A stretch of 64,000 bases of DNA from Macrostomum lignano. Taxonomy: Eukaryota. The position numbers and the translations under genes were made by a program. The DNA lies in the NCBI GenBank assembly GCA_002269645.1, contig NIVC01002520.1:101321-165320 (forward strand), read 5' to 3'. A model generated the notes under the pieces. That model was not told the DNA's origin. It saw nothing but the letters and a program-made list of their open reading frames with translations, and searched no databases. Positions 49,461 through 62,997 of the stretch are shown piece by piece; the first letter of the stretch is position 1; the number at the start of each line of letters is the position of its first letter.

Positions 49461-50308
49461 TCACTGAGTTTCTGATCACTGAGTTTTTGATCACTGAGTT
49501 TCTTATCACTGATTTGCTGATCACTGAGTTGCTGATCACTGAGTTTCTTATCACTGATTTGCTGATCACTGATTTGCTGATCACTGAGTTGCTGATCACT
49601 GAGTTGCTGATCACTGAGTTGCTGATCACTGAGTTTCTGATCACTGAGTTGTTGATCACTGAGTTGTTGATCACTGAGTTGTTGATCACTGAGTTGCTGA
49701 TCACTGAGTTGCTAGGAATTGAGTTGCTGATCACTGAGTTTCTGATCACTGAGTTGTTGATCACTGAGTTGCTGATCACTGAGTTGCTGATCACTGGGTT
49801 GCTGATCACTGAGTTGCTAGGCACTGAGTTGCTGATCACTGAGTTGCTGATCACTGAGTTGCTAATCACTGAGTTGCTGATCACTGATTTGCTGATCACT
49901 GAGTTGCTGATCACTGAGTTGCTGATCACTGAGTTTCTGATCACTGAGTTTCTGATCACTGAGTAGCTGATCACTGAGTTGTTGATCACTGAGTTTCTGA
50001 TCACTGAGTTTCTGATCACTGAGTTGCTGATCACTGAGTTGCTGATCACTGGGTTGCTGATCACTGAGTTGCTAGGCACTGAGTTGCTGATCACTGAGTT
50101 GCTGATCACTGAGTTGCTAATCACTGAGTTGCTGATCACTGATTTGCTGATCACTGAGTTGCTGATCACTGAGTTGTTGATCACTGAGTTTCTGATCACT
50201 GAGTTTCTGATCACTGAGTTGTTGATCACTGAGTTGCTGATCACTGAGTTGCTAGGAATTGAGTTGCTGATCACTCAGTTATTGGTCATTGAGTTGCTAA
50301 TCACTGTT
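49461..50308. repeat. 15-bp minisatellite (GATCACTGAGTTGCT), copy A
   Basis: About 56 copies; paralogous array at ~61542-62432. Confidence 0.97.
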
Positions 50309-50691
50309 GATCCAAAGCTCAATATTTATGTAAAATGACGCTTTCTAAAGTGCTGAAGCTTTGTGCTTCACGCATTTCTAATTGAAATAACAAAAACGGA
50401 TTATTTATTCCTAGTTTTTAAACAACAAGCCACAACCTTTCGCAAAGTCCGTAATACGTACGAGTTATATTTTTGGACTCGTTCTTGCATTCTTGGGTTC
50501 ACTTTGTCAACAAAAGAGTTGCAAAGAAAATTCGAACGTTGGCCAGGTGATAGCAGCTGGTCAAAAGACACTGCTCACTGGGGCAAAGGGTGGCGACTTT
50601 TCAATATTGCTGAGTATATAAATAACGCAGAGGCTCAGGCAACAGGTGCAAGAGGGTAAAGCATGCAGGCTGGAAAATACATTACGGTGCT

Positions 50692-50840
50692 TCTGGTGCT
50701 GGCGCTCCTGATGCTAAAGCCTCTGGTGCTAAAGCCCCTGATGCTAAAGTCCCTGGTGCTAAAGCCTCTGATGCTAATGCCCCTGGTGCTAAAGCCCCTG
50801 ATGCTAAAGTCCCTGGTGCTAAAGCCTTTGGTGCTAAAGC
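50692..50840. repeat. 16-bp repeat (CCCCTGRTGCTAAAGC) related to the 45619 array
   Basis: One unit reads GCTAATGCCCCTGGTGCT; paralogous array at ~62815-62968. Confidence 0.85.
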
Positions 50841-50871
50841 TTTGTATAGTTGGTTTGCAGGTATGTACATC

Positions 50872-53526
50872 TGTTATGTACATCTGTTTGGCGATATTGA
50901 TCTGTCGAAGCTAAAGTATAAATATACCAGTCGGAAGGGCAAAGGGGTTTGCATATGTAAGTTCGTGTGTACCCAAAATCAGTCTGACTTTCTCAACACA
51001 AAATTGGCGTCGCAAGCTAGGCCAACCCCCGCAAGTTGGGGTTTCGAAGTTTCACTAACTAAAGTTGAGTGCCAGCCCAGCCTAGAAGCCCGCCACTGCA
51101 AAGTAAACAAGCACCTAACAGAAAAAGTACACAGTGCTCAGAATGTCTCAGTCAGCGACAGCTCCTAGCACATCGGAGGTGCCAAGGATCAACATCTCGC
51201 CACCAGAGCAATTCCTGCCTCAACTGGGACCGCCAACGAAGCCGTGGAATGAGTGGAAGAGCCTGTCTGACAACTACTTAATGGCGGTGGGCTTCGACAC
51301 TCTACCAGACGCGAGAAAGCGAGCCCTGCTTCTGCACTGCTGGGTGCTGAAGGACAGCGGATCTTCGCAGCGATGCAGCCACCGCCATCTTTCGGCAGCG
51401 AGGGCAGCGACGCGGTGAGAAAATTGATGACTTTGTGGCAGCGCTGAACACGCTGGCCGGCTCGTGCGAGTTCGGCGGCATGACGGACGAGATGATTCGC
51501 GACCAGACCGTGGAGAAGGTCGTCGACAGGCGAATCAGAGAGCGCCTGCTTATCGAGGAGGGCCTGACGCTCAAGACGGCGGTGACGCTGAGTCAGCAGT
51601 GGGAGACCAGCATCACGGAAGCCAGGGCGATCGAGACTGGCGGCGCAGTTGCCATGGCAAGCCGAGGCGAGGCGGATGTGAACAAGGTGCAACATCAGTT
51701 CGGAAAGTCAAGAGCTCAAGGACGAGCGGCTGTCGGGCGAGAGTCCTGTCCGAATTGCGGAGGCAGCCACAACAGGCGAGCGCGATGTCCTGCTGAAGGC
51801 AAGTCCTGTTATGCCTGTGGCAAGCAGAACCATTTTGGCAGGATGTGCAGGTCGCAGGGCACCAAGGTGGCCGAGGTCGGAGACGAGAGCAGCCGCGAGG
51901 TGTTCACCGTGCGTGGCACGGCCAGTCCCGACATCAGGTGCCGGCTGAGGGTCCAGGGCAGCTGGCTGAGCCTGCTGGTCGACTCGGGCGCGAAAGTGTC
52001 CATTCTATCGGAGAGGACCTACCGGAAGCTCGGGACCAAGGTGCTGCTGCAGCCATCCACCAGGAAGCTCATCGCTTACGACGGCAAGGCTATCGACGTG
52101 ATGGGACAGGTGGTGCTGTCGGTCAACTACCGCGGGCAGAGTGTGCCGTTCTTCTGCTTCATAGTAGTGCAGCAGGGATCCGACATCATGGGCACCGATC
52201 TGATGCAGCAGCTCAGCTTCCAAGTGGTGGACTGGGACGGCGACCTGGTGCGCACCGTGGACAAGACCAGGCAGCTGCCGGCCTGGCTGCCAGACCGCTT
52301 CGAGCAGCTGACGCGAGGACTCGGCCGTATTCGGGGTTCGAGCACCGGCCCCGAGTGAACCCCGCAGTGCCTCCAGTGGCGCAGCTTCTCCGCCGGACGT
52401 CGCTCAGCCTCAAGGAGAAGGTCCAAGCTAAGATCGATCAGCTTCTAGCGGACGGGATAGTCGATGAGATCCAGGTATCCGAATGGATCTCGAATCTGGT
52501 GGTCGTCCCAACGCCTGACGACAAGATCCGAATCTGCAATGACCTCAGGTGCCCCAACAAGGCAATTGTGCCGGACAAGCTGCCTCTGCCGACATTCGTG
52601 GAGCTGACCACGGAGTTCAATGGCTCGACGGTTTTCTCAAAACTAGATCTGAACTCATCGTATCTGCAGCTTGAGCTCGCCGAAGACAGACGCGATATGA
52701 CAGCCTTCATCACGGAGAATGGTCTCTATTGGTAACTGCGGTTTGTTTCGGTCTCAACAGCGCCCCGGCAGCGTTCCAGAAGGTGCTGAGCAAGATTCTG
52801 AACGGCTGCTCAGGAACGGTACAATACGTCGAAGACAGTCGTACACGCTGCCAGTGAGACTGAGCATCACGAGCGGCTCACTGCGGTGCTCGACAAGCTG
52901 CTGGCCGCAAGCTACTGGCTGCGTCACTTCGAACGCAGGCAAGTGCCAGTGGGCTGCTGAGTCTGTGCAGTTCCTGTGCTACATCATCTCTGCAAGCGGC
53001 CTGCGACCAATGCAGTCAAACGTGGACGCTATCGAGCAGGTGCCGGAGCCGAAGAGCGCTGAGGCGGTTGCGGCATTCCTTGGAATGGTAAAATTCCAAG
53101 CATTCTGGACTGGGACTGGTCCACAGACTGCCAGAAGGCTTTCACGACGCTCAAGAAGATGGTACTGGCGCCGACCTGTCTGAGGTTTTTTAGTCCGGAT
53201 GAGAAGATCATCGTTGCCTGCGACAGCTCGGCGCATGCTCTGGGCGCAGTTCTGCTTCAAGAAGACTGCTCCGGCGTCCGGAGACCAGTCGCGTTTGCAT
53301 CCAGAACTCTGTCAGCGACTGAGCGCAAGTACTCCGCGTCTGAAAGAGAGGCATTGGCATGCATCTTCGCCTGTGAGAGGTGGCACTATTTCCTGTTCGG
53401 CCGGAGATTCGAGCTGCACACGGACCATCAGGCGCTGACTACGTTGCTGACGGCTCAGGGCAGCGGCCACCGGCCATTGAGACTGCACCGGTGGGCCGAC
53501 CGCCTGCTCGCGTACGACTTCCAGGT
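50872..53526 (+). mobile_element. Decayed Ty3/Gypsy LTR retrotransposon (Mag-like), 3'-truncated after RNase H
   Basis: Short putative LTR TGTTATGTA..TATAAATA..CAACA (50872-~50998), PBS-like TGGCGTCGC at 51005. Gag with two knuckles (CPNCGGSH..C, CYACGKQNHFGRMC); protease LVDSGA; RT RICNDLR and FSKLDL; RNase H ACDSSAHALGAVL, YSASEREAL and TDHQAL. Multiple frameshifts, a stop, a degenerate YxDD (YVED) and no integrase. Confidence 0.9.
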
Positions 53527-53974
53527 CTGCTTTGACGTTGGACTTCACGTCGCACCACTTCTTCCTACATTCTTCGCCTGTACATTTATTTCCTCCGATC
53601 ACATTCACACCAGCTGCGATGGTCTCCCAACAGGCCTTCTTTCTCCTCTGCATCTCAACCTTTTGATCCTTTGAGTTAAAAATGCCCAAGTATTTGTTGA
53701 CATAGCTAAGTAATTCTTCTATTTCTATGCGATTAGTGCTTTAAGTGCGTCTTACGACTGATACCGAGCAGTCGTAGGGTTAAGATCAACCTTACGAAAG
53801 ACCATAGACATACGAACGTTTCGAGAAACAGTCTTTTGCGCAAAGTTACGAACTCGTAAAGTTGCGATCAATCTTACGCATAGCTAACTTGCGAGCCCTT
53901 CGAGCAACCCGCAAGTGTAGCTTACCCAACTTACGTCCATGGCCGATCGTAAGTTGCTTTCGAGAAAGACCCCC
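53527..53974 (-). mobile_element. PIF/Harbinger-type transposon fragment with Myb/SANT-like ORF remnant and one terminus
   Basis: Minus ORF RRKKACWETIAAGVNVIGGNKCTGEECRKKWCDVKSNVK (Myb/SANT-like). Terminus GGGGGTCTTTCTCGAAAGCAACTTACGATC with repeated CTTACG/CGTAAG subterminal motifs, flanked by CAG (CWG-type site). Confidence 0.6.
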
Positions 53975-54898
53975 CAGGTCGATCGCACCGTCAACATTAG
54001 AAATATAGGGGCGAGGCAACCCAAGTTTTATTATGATCAACAGAGCCTCATAAAATTAGAAATGCGAAACCAATGGATCTTCTAGAAGATTCACCTCCCC
54101 TTTTTATCTAAACGGCGATTGCTGAATCGTGCCTTCGATTTTTTAAACTTTAACCAACTCTATAAATTTAGCAATGTATAGTTGCGTACATGGTTTGAAC
54201 TATACATATTGCTTGAATGGTGTCTTAAAGAGAATGTTGCTTCATCAGACGACAAAAATCAGATTATGTAAATCAGACGTTGTAAAAACTACAACGAACG
54301 TTCTCTGAGTTCGTACAAACAAGCACAGCTCAAATTTTGGGCGAAAAAGACTCAACTCCGCGTCGACGTATGACGGTTGGTACATGAATGTTTTTTTTAA
54401 ATTCATAAAATAAAATGTTTTGAAGGAACTTATTTAACCAGTTTTGAATATAAATTTTTCCAGCATTCCAAAACTCGTCAGGTGTTTCATAGTTCGTTCT
54501 TCTAGGGGTGTTATTGGGGTTTTAAAGTATTTGATACTGTTAAGGAAGCAAATTTTTATTTTGATGCAATGGGAAATCACGAGCAGACACCACCAACAGA
54601 GGTTTGGACTCATTCCAGCATTCTTGACTTTGGTTTATTTTTAACAAGAGTTGCGAAATCGATGAGAAGCAAAACAGGAGGCACGCAATTGGCCATATCT
54701 GTCGCTCTCGGCTTCATAAGTGCTGCCAATAAAAACTTTTATCCCCGAAATTTGAATGCATTTGTGTTGACGCCTTTTTTCAAAAGAATTTTCAGTATTG
54801 GTTCGCGAGATGGACAGATTCTAGTGATTACGAGCGTATCAAGCACGACCCCAATGCAGCTAATTTGTGATAAACACTTGAGAATCACAAAAGATTAT

Positions 54899-55553
54899 TT
54901 CTTCGCCAAAAAATGGTCTATAACTATACACACGTTCCAACCATTTCCAGTGTAGTAGGTTAAATTCTATAGAAATGCTGTCAGCAATTGTCACATGCAT
55001 TCATTCAGCTTCTTTAATTCGAAACTGCAATGCTTCCTCGCTTTAGGCTATGACTTGACCTGAAAGGAGTGGCAGCGCATGCATTAATAGTGGTCCAAAC
55101 CATTGCTTCAATGAGCTCAATACCGATCCGATCGATCGCTCACTATTGGAATCCCCTGAGCCACCACCCCCCGTTTCCAGCCTTTGACTCCAACACAACT
55201 ACTAGAGGCGTGCTGGTAAGTTGAACGACGCTGGTGTGCAGGACTTTGCACGCAGCTCAGTTGTAAGCCATAAAAAGCCAAGCTACTCAGCAGAGTGGGC
55301 AAATGCCACCCAGCCCCAGCCCACTGCCTGGCTGGGTGTAGCGATGTCCGGCAGCTCAAAGCACCTGCTCTGAGCTGAGAGAGTGAGGAAGCTAGCTATT
55401 CCCAAGTCTTTAAAGGTTTGAAATGGAATCAGCCTGTTTGCCGAGAAGTCCAAGTCCGACAAAATTTCGTATTCGTCTGCGTTGGCCGAGAAATTTCGAC
55501 ATGACAATCACTCGAGCTCTGTTTGGAATTTTTGTCTGCCTGTGCCTGGCTGC
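54899..55553 (+). repeat. Third copy of a ~650-bp unclassified segment (also 46302-46957 and ~58438-59090)
   Basis: Near-identical sequence from CTTCGCCAAAAAATGGTCTATAAC to GCCTGGCTGCGG. Confidence 0.9.
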
Positions 55554-55725
55554 GGGATGCGCTGAAGGTGATTGAAGATTGATAACTGTATACTCTCTCT
55601 GATTTCCGCATAGTCCAGCCGCTACAATACCTGACTTTGCCTTATTAGGCAGTCAATCAAGAATAACCATTGAAATGCTTGAAACTTATGGGTTAAATGT
55701 TTTTACTGTTCCTATTTTCTGACAG

Positions 55726-56048
55726 CGTTTACCCGCATCGGTTGCTACAAGGACAAGGCGAGTCCCAGAGACCTGCCGCTCCTCCATCACTCAAAGTCGA
55801 CTACGCCCGAGTCCTGCGTGAGCCGCTGCAAAGCCAGAAAGTACAAGTACGCCGGTCTGCAGGCTGGCGCTTGGTGCCTCTGCGGCAACTCGTACGGTCG
55901 GCACGGCAAGGCGAGGAACGCCGACTGCAACATGCGGTGCAGCGGAAACAGCAGGAAGACCTGCGGCGGACCCTGGAGAAACGACGTGCTCGCCACTGGA
56001 TACTCTTCAAGACCAAAGCCATCGGCGTCTAATAACAGTAGGCTTTGA
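55726..56048 (+). CDS. WSC-domain terminal exon, copy 1 (orphan, no upstream exons found)
   Basis: Acceptor TTTCTGACAG|. Encodes RIGCYKD..TPESCVSRCKARKYKYAGLQAGAWCLCGN..DCNMRCSGNSRKTCGG, the WSC cysteine pattern; stop TGA. Confidence 0.8.
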
Positions 56049-56126
56049 CAGCTTTTTCTTGAGTGAATGCAGATGGGTCACTGCAAGAGATTCAGAGAAT
56101 TTGGAGCCCGTTACTTTATTGAGGGA

Positions 56127-56620
56127 CAGGCTATTGAAACCCGCGGATTTTTAACCTGCTGAATTTCAATCTCTGGAACTATTGTTGCTTGCATTCTTAA
56201 ATCTGAAGTCATACTAAAGCAAAAACTCATTAATACTTAGGATAGAGGTAAACAAAAATTGGTGTATATAAGTGCTAAATTAAGGTTCGAGGCAAGCATT
56301 GATCTCGTTTGATGGGGTGCAAGGCGGAATGACAGGAAATGTGTCTTAAGCATGCGCGTTGACAAACCCTGGCCGCTGGCCTATGCCTTTCTCTCCGTCC
56401 CTCCGGTCTTTGAAACTTCTTTCCTCTCTCCTCTCCACTCTTCTTATCTCTTCTCTCTTTGATCATGTCTTCTCCTCTCTTCTATATTGTCTCTACTCTT
56501 TTCTCACTCCTCTCTACTAGCTTATCTCTCATCTCTCCATCCCCTTTCTTCTTTCTAATCTCTACTCTCGTCTATGTCTACTCTCTCTACTCTCTCTACA
56601 CTGCCTTAGATGCCTTGGAC
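56127..56620 (-). mobile_element. Diverged, truncated relative of the Helitron family (3' end plus CT-rich part)
   Basis: CAGGCTATTGAAACCCGCGGATTTT..AAATCTGAAGTC..AGGATAGAG..GAGGCAAGCATTGAT aligns to 472-700; a shorter copy is at 57192-57280. Confidence 0.6.
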
Positions 56621-56793
56621 TATGTAATTTCGTGGACAGTCCATCTACAACTTCAGAGCGTACATTTGAAACCCCTAGAAAACGATTTACCTGCTCCATG
56701 ACTGACATTCTTTAGTCAAGTTGGAACACTTACTTAGTAAATATCTACTACGCACCCAGAATGCTTTCATAAGCTACGAAAACTTCACTACAG

Positions 56794-57113
56794 AAAACCG
56801 CATCGGTTGCTACAAGGACAAGGCGAGTCCCAGAGACCTGCCGCTTCTCCATCACTCAAAGTCGACTACGCCCGAGTCCTGCGTGAGCCGCTGCAAAGCC
56901 AGAAAGTACAAGTACGCCGGTCTGCAGGCCGGCGCTTGGTGCCTCTGCGGCAACTCGTACGGTCGGCACGGCAAGGCGAGGAACGCCGACTGCAACATGC
57001 GGTGCAGCGGAAACAGCAGGAAGACCTGCGGCGGACCCTGGAGAAACGACGTGCTCGCCACTGGATACTCTTCAAGACCAAAGCCATCGGCGTCTAATAA
57101 CAGTAGGCTTTGA
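56794..57113 (+). CDS. WSC-domain exon, copy 2
   Basis: Near-identical to copy 1 (offset 1065); alternative phase-1 acceptor ACTACAG|AA. Confidence 0.75.
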
Positions 57114-57374
57114 CAGCTTTTTCTTGAGTGAATGCAGATGGGTCACTGCAAGAGATTCAGAGAATTTGGAGCCCGTTACTTTATTGAGGGACAGGCTATT
57201 GAAACCCGCGGATTTTTAACCTGCTGAATTTCAATCTCTGGAACTATTGTTGCTTGCATTCTTAAATCTGAAGTCATACTGGATACGAGACCATCAGATT
57301 CCAAGACCGGTAGGTTTCTAACACTTTGCTTGGAATGAATTTCGCCACCTCTGAAAGGTATGTCCCAGCATAGT

Positions 57375-58276
57375 AATGCCCCTGGTGCTTAATGCCCCTG
57401 GTGCTTAATGCCCCTTGCTTAATGCCCCTGGTGCTTAATGCCCCTGGTGCTTAATGCCCCTGGTGCTTAATGCCCCTGGTGCTTAATGCCCCTGGTGCTT
57501 AATGCCCCTGGTGCTTAATGCCCCTGGTGCTTAATGCCCCTGGTGCTTAATGCCCCTGGTGCTTAATGCCCCTGGTGCTTAATGCCCCTGGTGCTTAATG
57601 CCCCTGGTGCTTAATGCCCCTGGTGCTTAATGCCCCTGGTGCTTAATGCCCCTGGTGCTTAATGCCCCTGGTGCTTAATGCCCCTGGTGCTTAATGCCCC
57701 TGGTGCTTAATGCCCCTGGTGCTTAATGCCCCTGGTGCTTAATGCCCCTGGTGCTTAATGCCCCTGGTGCTTAATGCCCCTGGTGCTTAATGCCCCTGGT
57801 GCTTAATGCCCCTGGTGCTTAATGCCCCTGGTGCTTAATGCCCCTGGTGCTTAATATCCCTGGTGCTTAATATCCCTGGTGCTTAATGCCCCTGGTGCTT
57901 AATGCCCCTGGTGCTTAATGCCCCTGGTGCTTAATGCCCCTGGTGCTTAATGCCCCTGGTGCTTAATGCCCCTGGTGCTTAATGCCCCTGGTGCTTAATG
58001 CCCCTGGTGCTTAATGCCCCTGGTGCTTAATATCCCTGGTGCTTAATGCCCCTGGTGCTTAATGCCCCTGGTGCTTAATGCCCCTGGTGCTTAATGCCCC
58101 TGGTGCTTAATGCCCCTGGTGCTTAATGCCCCTGGTGCTTAATGCCCCTGGTGCTTAATGCCCCTGGTGCTTAATGCCCCTGGTGCTTAATGCCCCTGGT
58201 GCTTAATCCCTGGTGCTTAATGCCCCTGGTGCTTAATGCCCCTGGTGCTTAATGCCCCTGGTGCTTAATGCCCCTG
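57375..58276. repeat. 16-bp minisatellite (CTTAATGCCCCTGGTG), copy B
   Basis: About 56 copies; marks the start of the second duplication unit. Confidence 0.97.
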
Positions 58277-61200
58277 GTTCTGGCGCCTCCTAAAGACCCC
58301 CCCCCCAACAAAAATCCTGGCTACGCCCAAGAACGCTTCACTATATGGGAGGTGGTTAGACCGAATTCTGACCGAAACTCAACTTGAATTTCGCACACAG
58401 CCTCTGTAATTCCCACATTTTGCAAAAAGTACAATTCTTTGCCGAAAAAATGGTCTATAACTATACACACGTCCCAACCATTTCCAGTGTAGTAGGTTAA
58501 ATTCTATAGAAATGCTGTCAGCAATTGTCACATGCATTCATTCAGCTTCTTTAATTCGAAACTGCAATGCTTCCTCGCTTTAGGCTATGACTTGACCTGA
58601 AAGGAGTGGCAGCGCATGCATTAATAGTGGTCCAAGCCATTGCTTCAATGAGCTCAATACCGATCCGATCGATCGCTCACTATTGGAATCCCCTGAGCCA
58701 CCACCCCCGTTTCCAGCCTTTGACTCCAACACAACTACTAGAGGCGTGCTGGTAAGTTGAACGACGCCATGGTGTGCAGGACTTTGCACGCAGCTCAGTT
58801 GTAAGCCATGAAAAGCCAAGCTACTCACCAGAGTGGGCAAATGCACCTAGCCCCAGCCCACTGCCTGGCTGGGTGTAGCGATGTCGGCAGCTCAAAGCAC
58901 CTGCTCTGAGCTGAGAGAGTGAGGAAGCTAGCTATTCCCAAGTCTTTAAAGGTTTGAAATGGAATCAGCCTGTTTGCCGAGAAGTCCAAGTCCGACAAAA
59001 TTTCGTATTCGTCTGCGTTGGCCGAGAAATTTCGACATGACAATCACTTGAGCTCTGTTTGGAATTTTTGTCTGCCTGTGCCTGGCTGCGGAGTGCTTGT
59101 TTTATCATAGAAACGCGTGCCGTTTTAACTATATGAATAATGCATAGAACCATAACCAAACCATGCATATAACAATTTTAACATAGAAATTCTGTTTAAC
59201 AATATGAATTTCAGAAAACAAGAATACTGAGATGACCGACGGTGGCGACTGCTAAGGGTCTTCGACTTCGAAGTGTCGGTTGAACTACTAAAATAGTTAC
59301 TTTAACACGGTGTTGGGATATGACATTTTGCGCAAATTATTAATAACTTAAAACCATGAAATTGAGGCTCAAAATTCTGCTCAGAATTTTGCTCAAAGCT
59401 CTGCTCAGAAGAACAGAAATTGATGACGGAATTTAATGGCGAGTTGAAGTAAAATCAAAATTATAAAAGATCACTGCAAATTAAGCAGTTTTACGATAAA
59501 TTCTTACTTTAAATTTGTTATAAGAATACTCCCTAACAGTGAGGTGGCGGTAACTAATATCTGGTTGATAGGGAAGTAACCATATAGCTTTTGATTGAAA
59601 TTAAATAAAACTGTTGCTCTCCTGGCTAATGCCACTAATAACACGAACGTTGCTGCTAGACCTATCTTTATTTCATTTTATCGATGGTATGCGAGGGCGC
59701 TTGCTACCAATGCATAACTGAAGTGGAAGGCCGGCAAGGAACTGCAGAATGGGGTTCTACGCTCGTATCACTAGAGAAAAACCCGGTTTCTCAAGAGCTC
59801 TTTTCTGCTCTGCCTAACCAAATGGCTATTGGCCTCAAGCAACCTCTAAAGAGCCGCAGCAGCAAAAATGAAAGACAAAGTGGCTGATAATAACCAAGAG
59901 ACAGGGGCTGAGCTAGACTAAGCCAGGGACTAACCAAGAGACAGGGGCTGAGCTAGACTAAGCCAGGGACTAACCAAGAGACAGGGGCTGAGCTAGACTA
60001 AGCCAGGGACTAACCAAGAGACAAAGTGGCTGAGCTAGACTAAGCCAAAGACTAACCAAGAGACAAAGTGGCTGAGCTAGAATAAGCCAGGGACTAACCA
60101 AGAGACAAAGTGGCTGAGCTAGGATAAGCCAGGGACTAACCAAGAGACGGGGGCTGAGCTAGACTAAGCCAGGGACTAACCAAGAGACGGGTGCTGAGCT
60201 AGACTAAGCCATGGACTAACCAAGAGACAAAGTGGCTGAGCTAGACAAAGCCAGGGACTAATTAAGTCAAGCAATCATTACATCACGATCACTGCGTACT
60301 TAGAATCTTTGAAAGAGCGACCTTAAGACTAATTTTTAGTGCTTGGATATGAGCAAAAGAGAGAAGAGCTCAAGGGTATGATTGACCATAGACTATGGAT
60401 TGTGTTGATTAAAAGCTCACTTACGGGACTGCTTTCTTAGACTTTATCAGGGCGCACTGAAAGAGAGAGATGGCTTTGATTGACAGGACAATCTTCCATT
60501 TCCTGTTTGGACGGAGTCAACGACAACGAATTGGAAGTTCATTTTCAGATTTTCAGATTTTCAGACGGCGGATAGAAAAAACTTTATCGACTTCTACGTG
60601 AATCTGTAGTCGAGGTCTGAGGGTCAGAAGCACCGGACCCTGTCTCTTGGTGGCGCCCCTGTCTTTTGGTTGGGCGCCCCTGTCTCTTGGTGGGCGCCCC
60701 TGGCTCTTGGAGGGCGCCCCTGTCTTTTGGTTGGGCGCCCCTGTCGCTCCGTGGGCGCCCCTGTCTCTTTGTTGGGCGCCCCTGCCTCTTGGTTGGGCGC
60801 CCCTGTCTCGCCCCTGTCTCTCCGTGGGCGCCCCTGTCTCTTGGTGGGAGACCCTGTCTCTTGGTTGGGCGCCCCTGTCTTTTGGTTGGGCGCCCCTGTC
60901 TCTCCGTGGGTGCCTGCCTGTCTCTCCGTGGGCTCCACTGTCTCTCCGTGGGCGCCCCTATCTCTCCGTGGGCGCCCCTGTCTCTCGGTGGGCGTTCCTC
61001 TCTCTTACGCGGTGTATGCTAAGCCAGGAACGATTGGGGGGGGGTGGCCCCCAAGCCCCCCTCTGCTTATACCAAATGACCAAACCTAATGGTAAGACAT
61101 AGACAGTGCTTAGGAAAGTTTTAGATGACACTATACATACTGTCTGTGGCAAAACCCCATTAGCAGCATTTGGTTCAATAATTTCGGCTGTTGATTCCAG

Positions 61201-62997
61201 AACTAATAAGCTGTATGCACAGGGACTGTAGCCTGGTGGTTAGAGCGTCTGACTCCAAATGAAAGTCAGTTCAACAATAAGGGAACAACAATAAGTTCAA
61301 AAATAGGTCAGTCTTATTGTTGGAGCTCCGCAGAGGAGGAAAATATTGTCTCCGTTCTGATACTATCCTTAACCAGCCTTCGCTCTTAGCTTCAACGCCC
61401 TAATCGGGGGACTGGCCCACCAGTGAAGCCTTTAAAAGGGACTAAATATAGGGGAACGCAAGTCTATAATCAATAGAGCCACAGAGAGTCGGCTATGTGT
61501 TTAATCTTGCGTTCAATTCACTCTTTTGCCAAGCTATGCTTTCACTGAGTTTCTGATCACTGAGTTTTTGATCACTGAGTTTCTTATCACTGATTTGCTG
61601 ATCACTGAGTTGCTGATCACTGAGTTTCTTATCACTGATTTGCTGATCACTGATTTGCTGATCACTGAGTTGTTGATCACTGAGTTGCTGATCACTGGGT
61701 TGCTGATCACTGAGTTTCTGATCACTGAGTTGCTGATCACTGAGTTGCTAATCACTGAGTTGCTGATCACTGAGTTGCTGATCACTGAGTTTCTGATCAC
61801 TGAGTTGCTGATCACTGAGTTTCTGATCACTGAGTTGTTGATCACTGAGTTGCTGATCACTGAGTTTCTGATCACTGAGTTTCTGATCACTGAGTTGTTG
61901 ATCACTGAGTTGTTGATCACTGAGTTGTTGATCACTGAGTTGCTGATCACTGAGTTGCTAGGAATTGAGTTGCTGATCACTGAGTTGCTGATCACTGAGT
62001 TGTTGATCACTGAGTTGCTGATCACTGAGTTGCTGATCACTGGGTTGCTGATCACTGAGTTGCTAGGCACTGAGTTGCTGATCACTGAGTTGCTGATCAC
62101 TGAGTTGCTAATCACTGAGTTGCTGATCACTGATTTGCTGATCACTGAGTTGCTGATCACTGAGTTGCTGATCACTGAGTTTCTGATCACTGAGTTTCTG
62201 ATCACTGAGTAGCTGATCACTGAGTTGTTGATCACTGAGTTTCTGATCACTGAGTTTCTGATCACTGAGTTGTTGATCACTGAGTTGCTGATCACTGAGT
62301 TTCTGATCACTGAGTTGTTGATCACTGAGTTGCTGATCACTGAGTTGCTAGGAATTGAGTTGCTGATCACTGAGTTGCTAGGAATTGAGTTGCTGATCAC
62401 TCAGTTATTGGTCATTGAGTTGCTAATCACTGTTGATCCAAAGCTCAATATTTATGTAAAATGACGCTTTCTAAAGTGCTGAAGCTTTGTGCTTCACGCA
62501 TTTCTAATTGAAATAACAAAAACGGATTATTTATTCCTAGTTTTTAAACAACAAGCCACAACCTTTCGCATAAGTCCGTAATACGTACGAGTTATATTTT
62601 TGGACTCGTTCTTGCATTCTTGGGTTCACTTTGTCAACAAAAGAGTTGCAAAGAAAATTCGAACGTTGGCCAGATGATAGCAGCTGGTCAAAAGACACTG
62701 CTCACTGGGGCAAAGGGTGGCGACTTTTCAATATTGCTGAGTATATAAATAACGCAGAGGCTCAGGCAACAGGTGCAAGAGGGTAAAGCATGCAGGCTGG
62801 AAAATACATTACGGTGCTTCTGGTGCTGGCGCTCCTGATGCTAAAGCCTCTGGTGCTAAAGCCCCTGATGCTAAAGTCCCTGGTGCTAAAGCCTCTGATG
62901 CTAATGCCCTGGTGCTAAAGCCCCTGATGCTAAAGTCCCTGGTGCTAAAGCCTTTGGTGCTAAAGCTTTGTATAGTTGGTTTGCAGGTATGTACATC

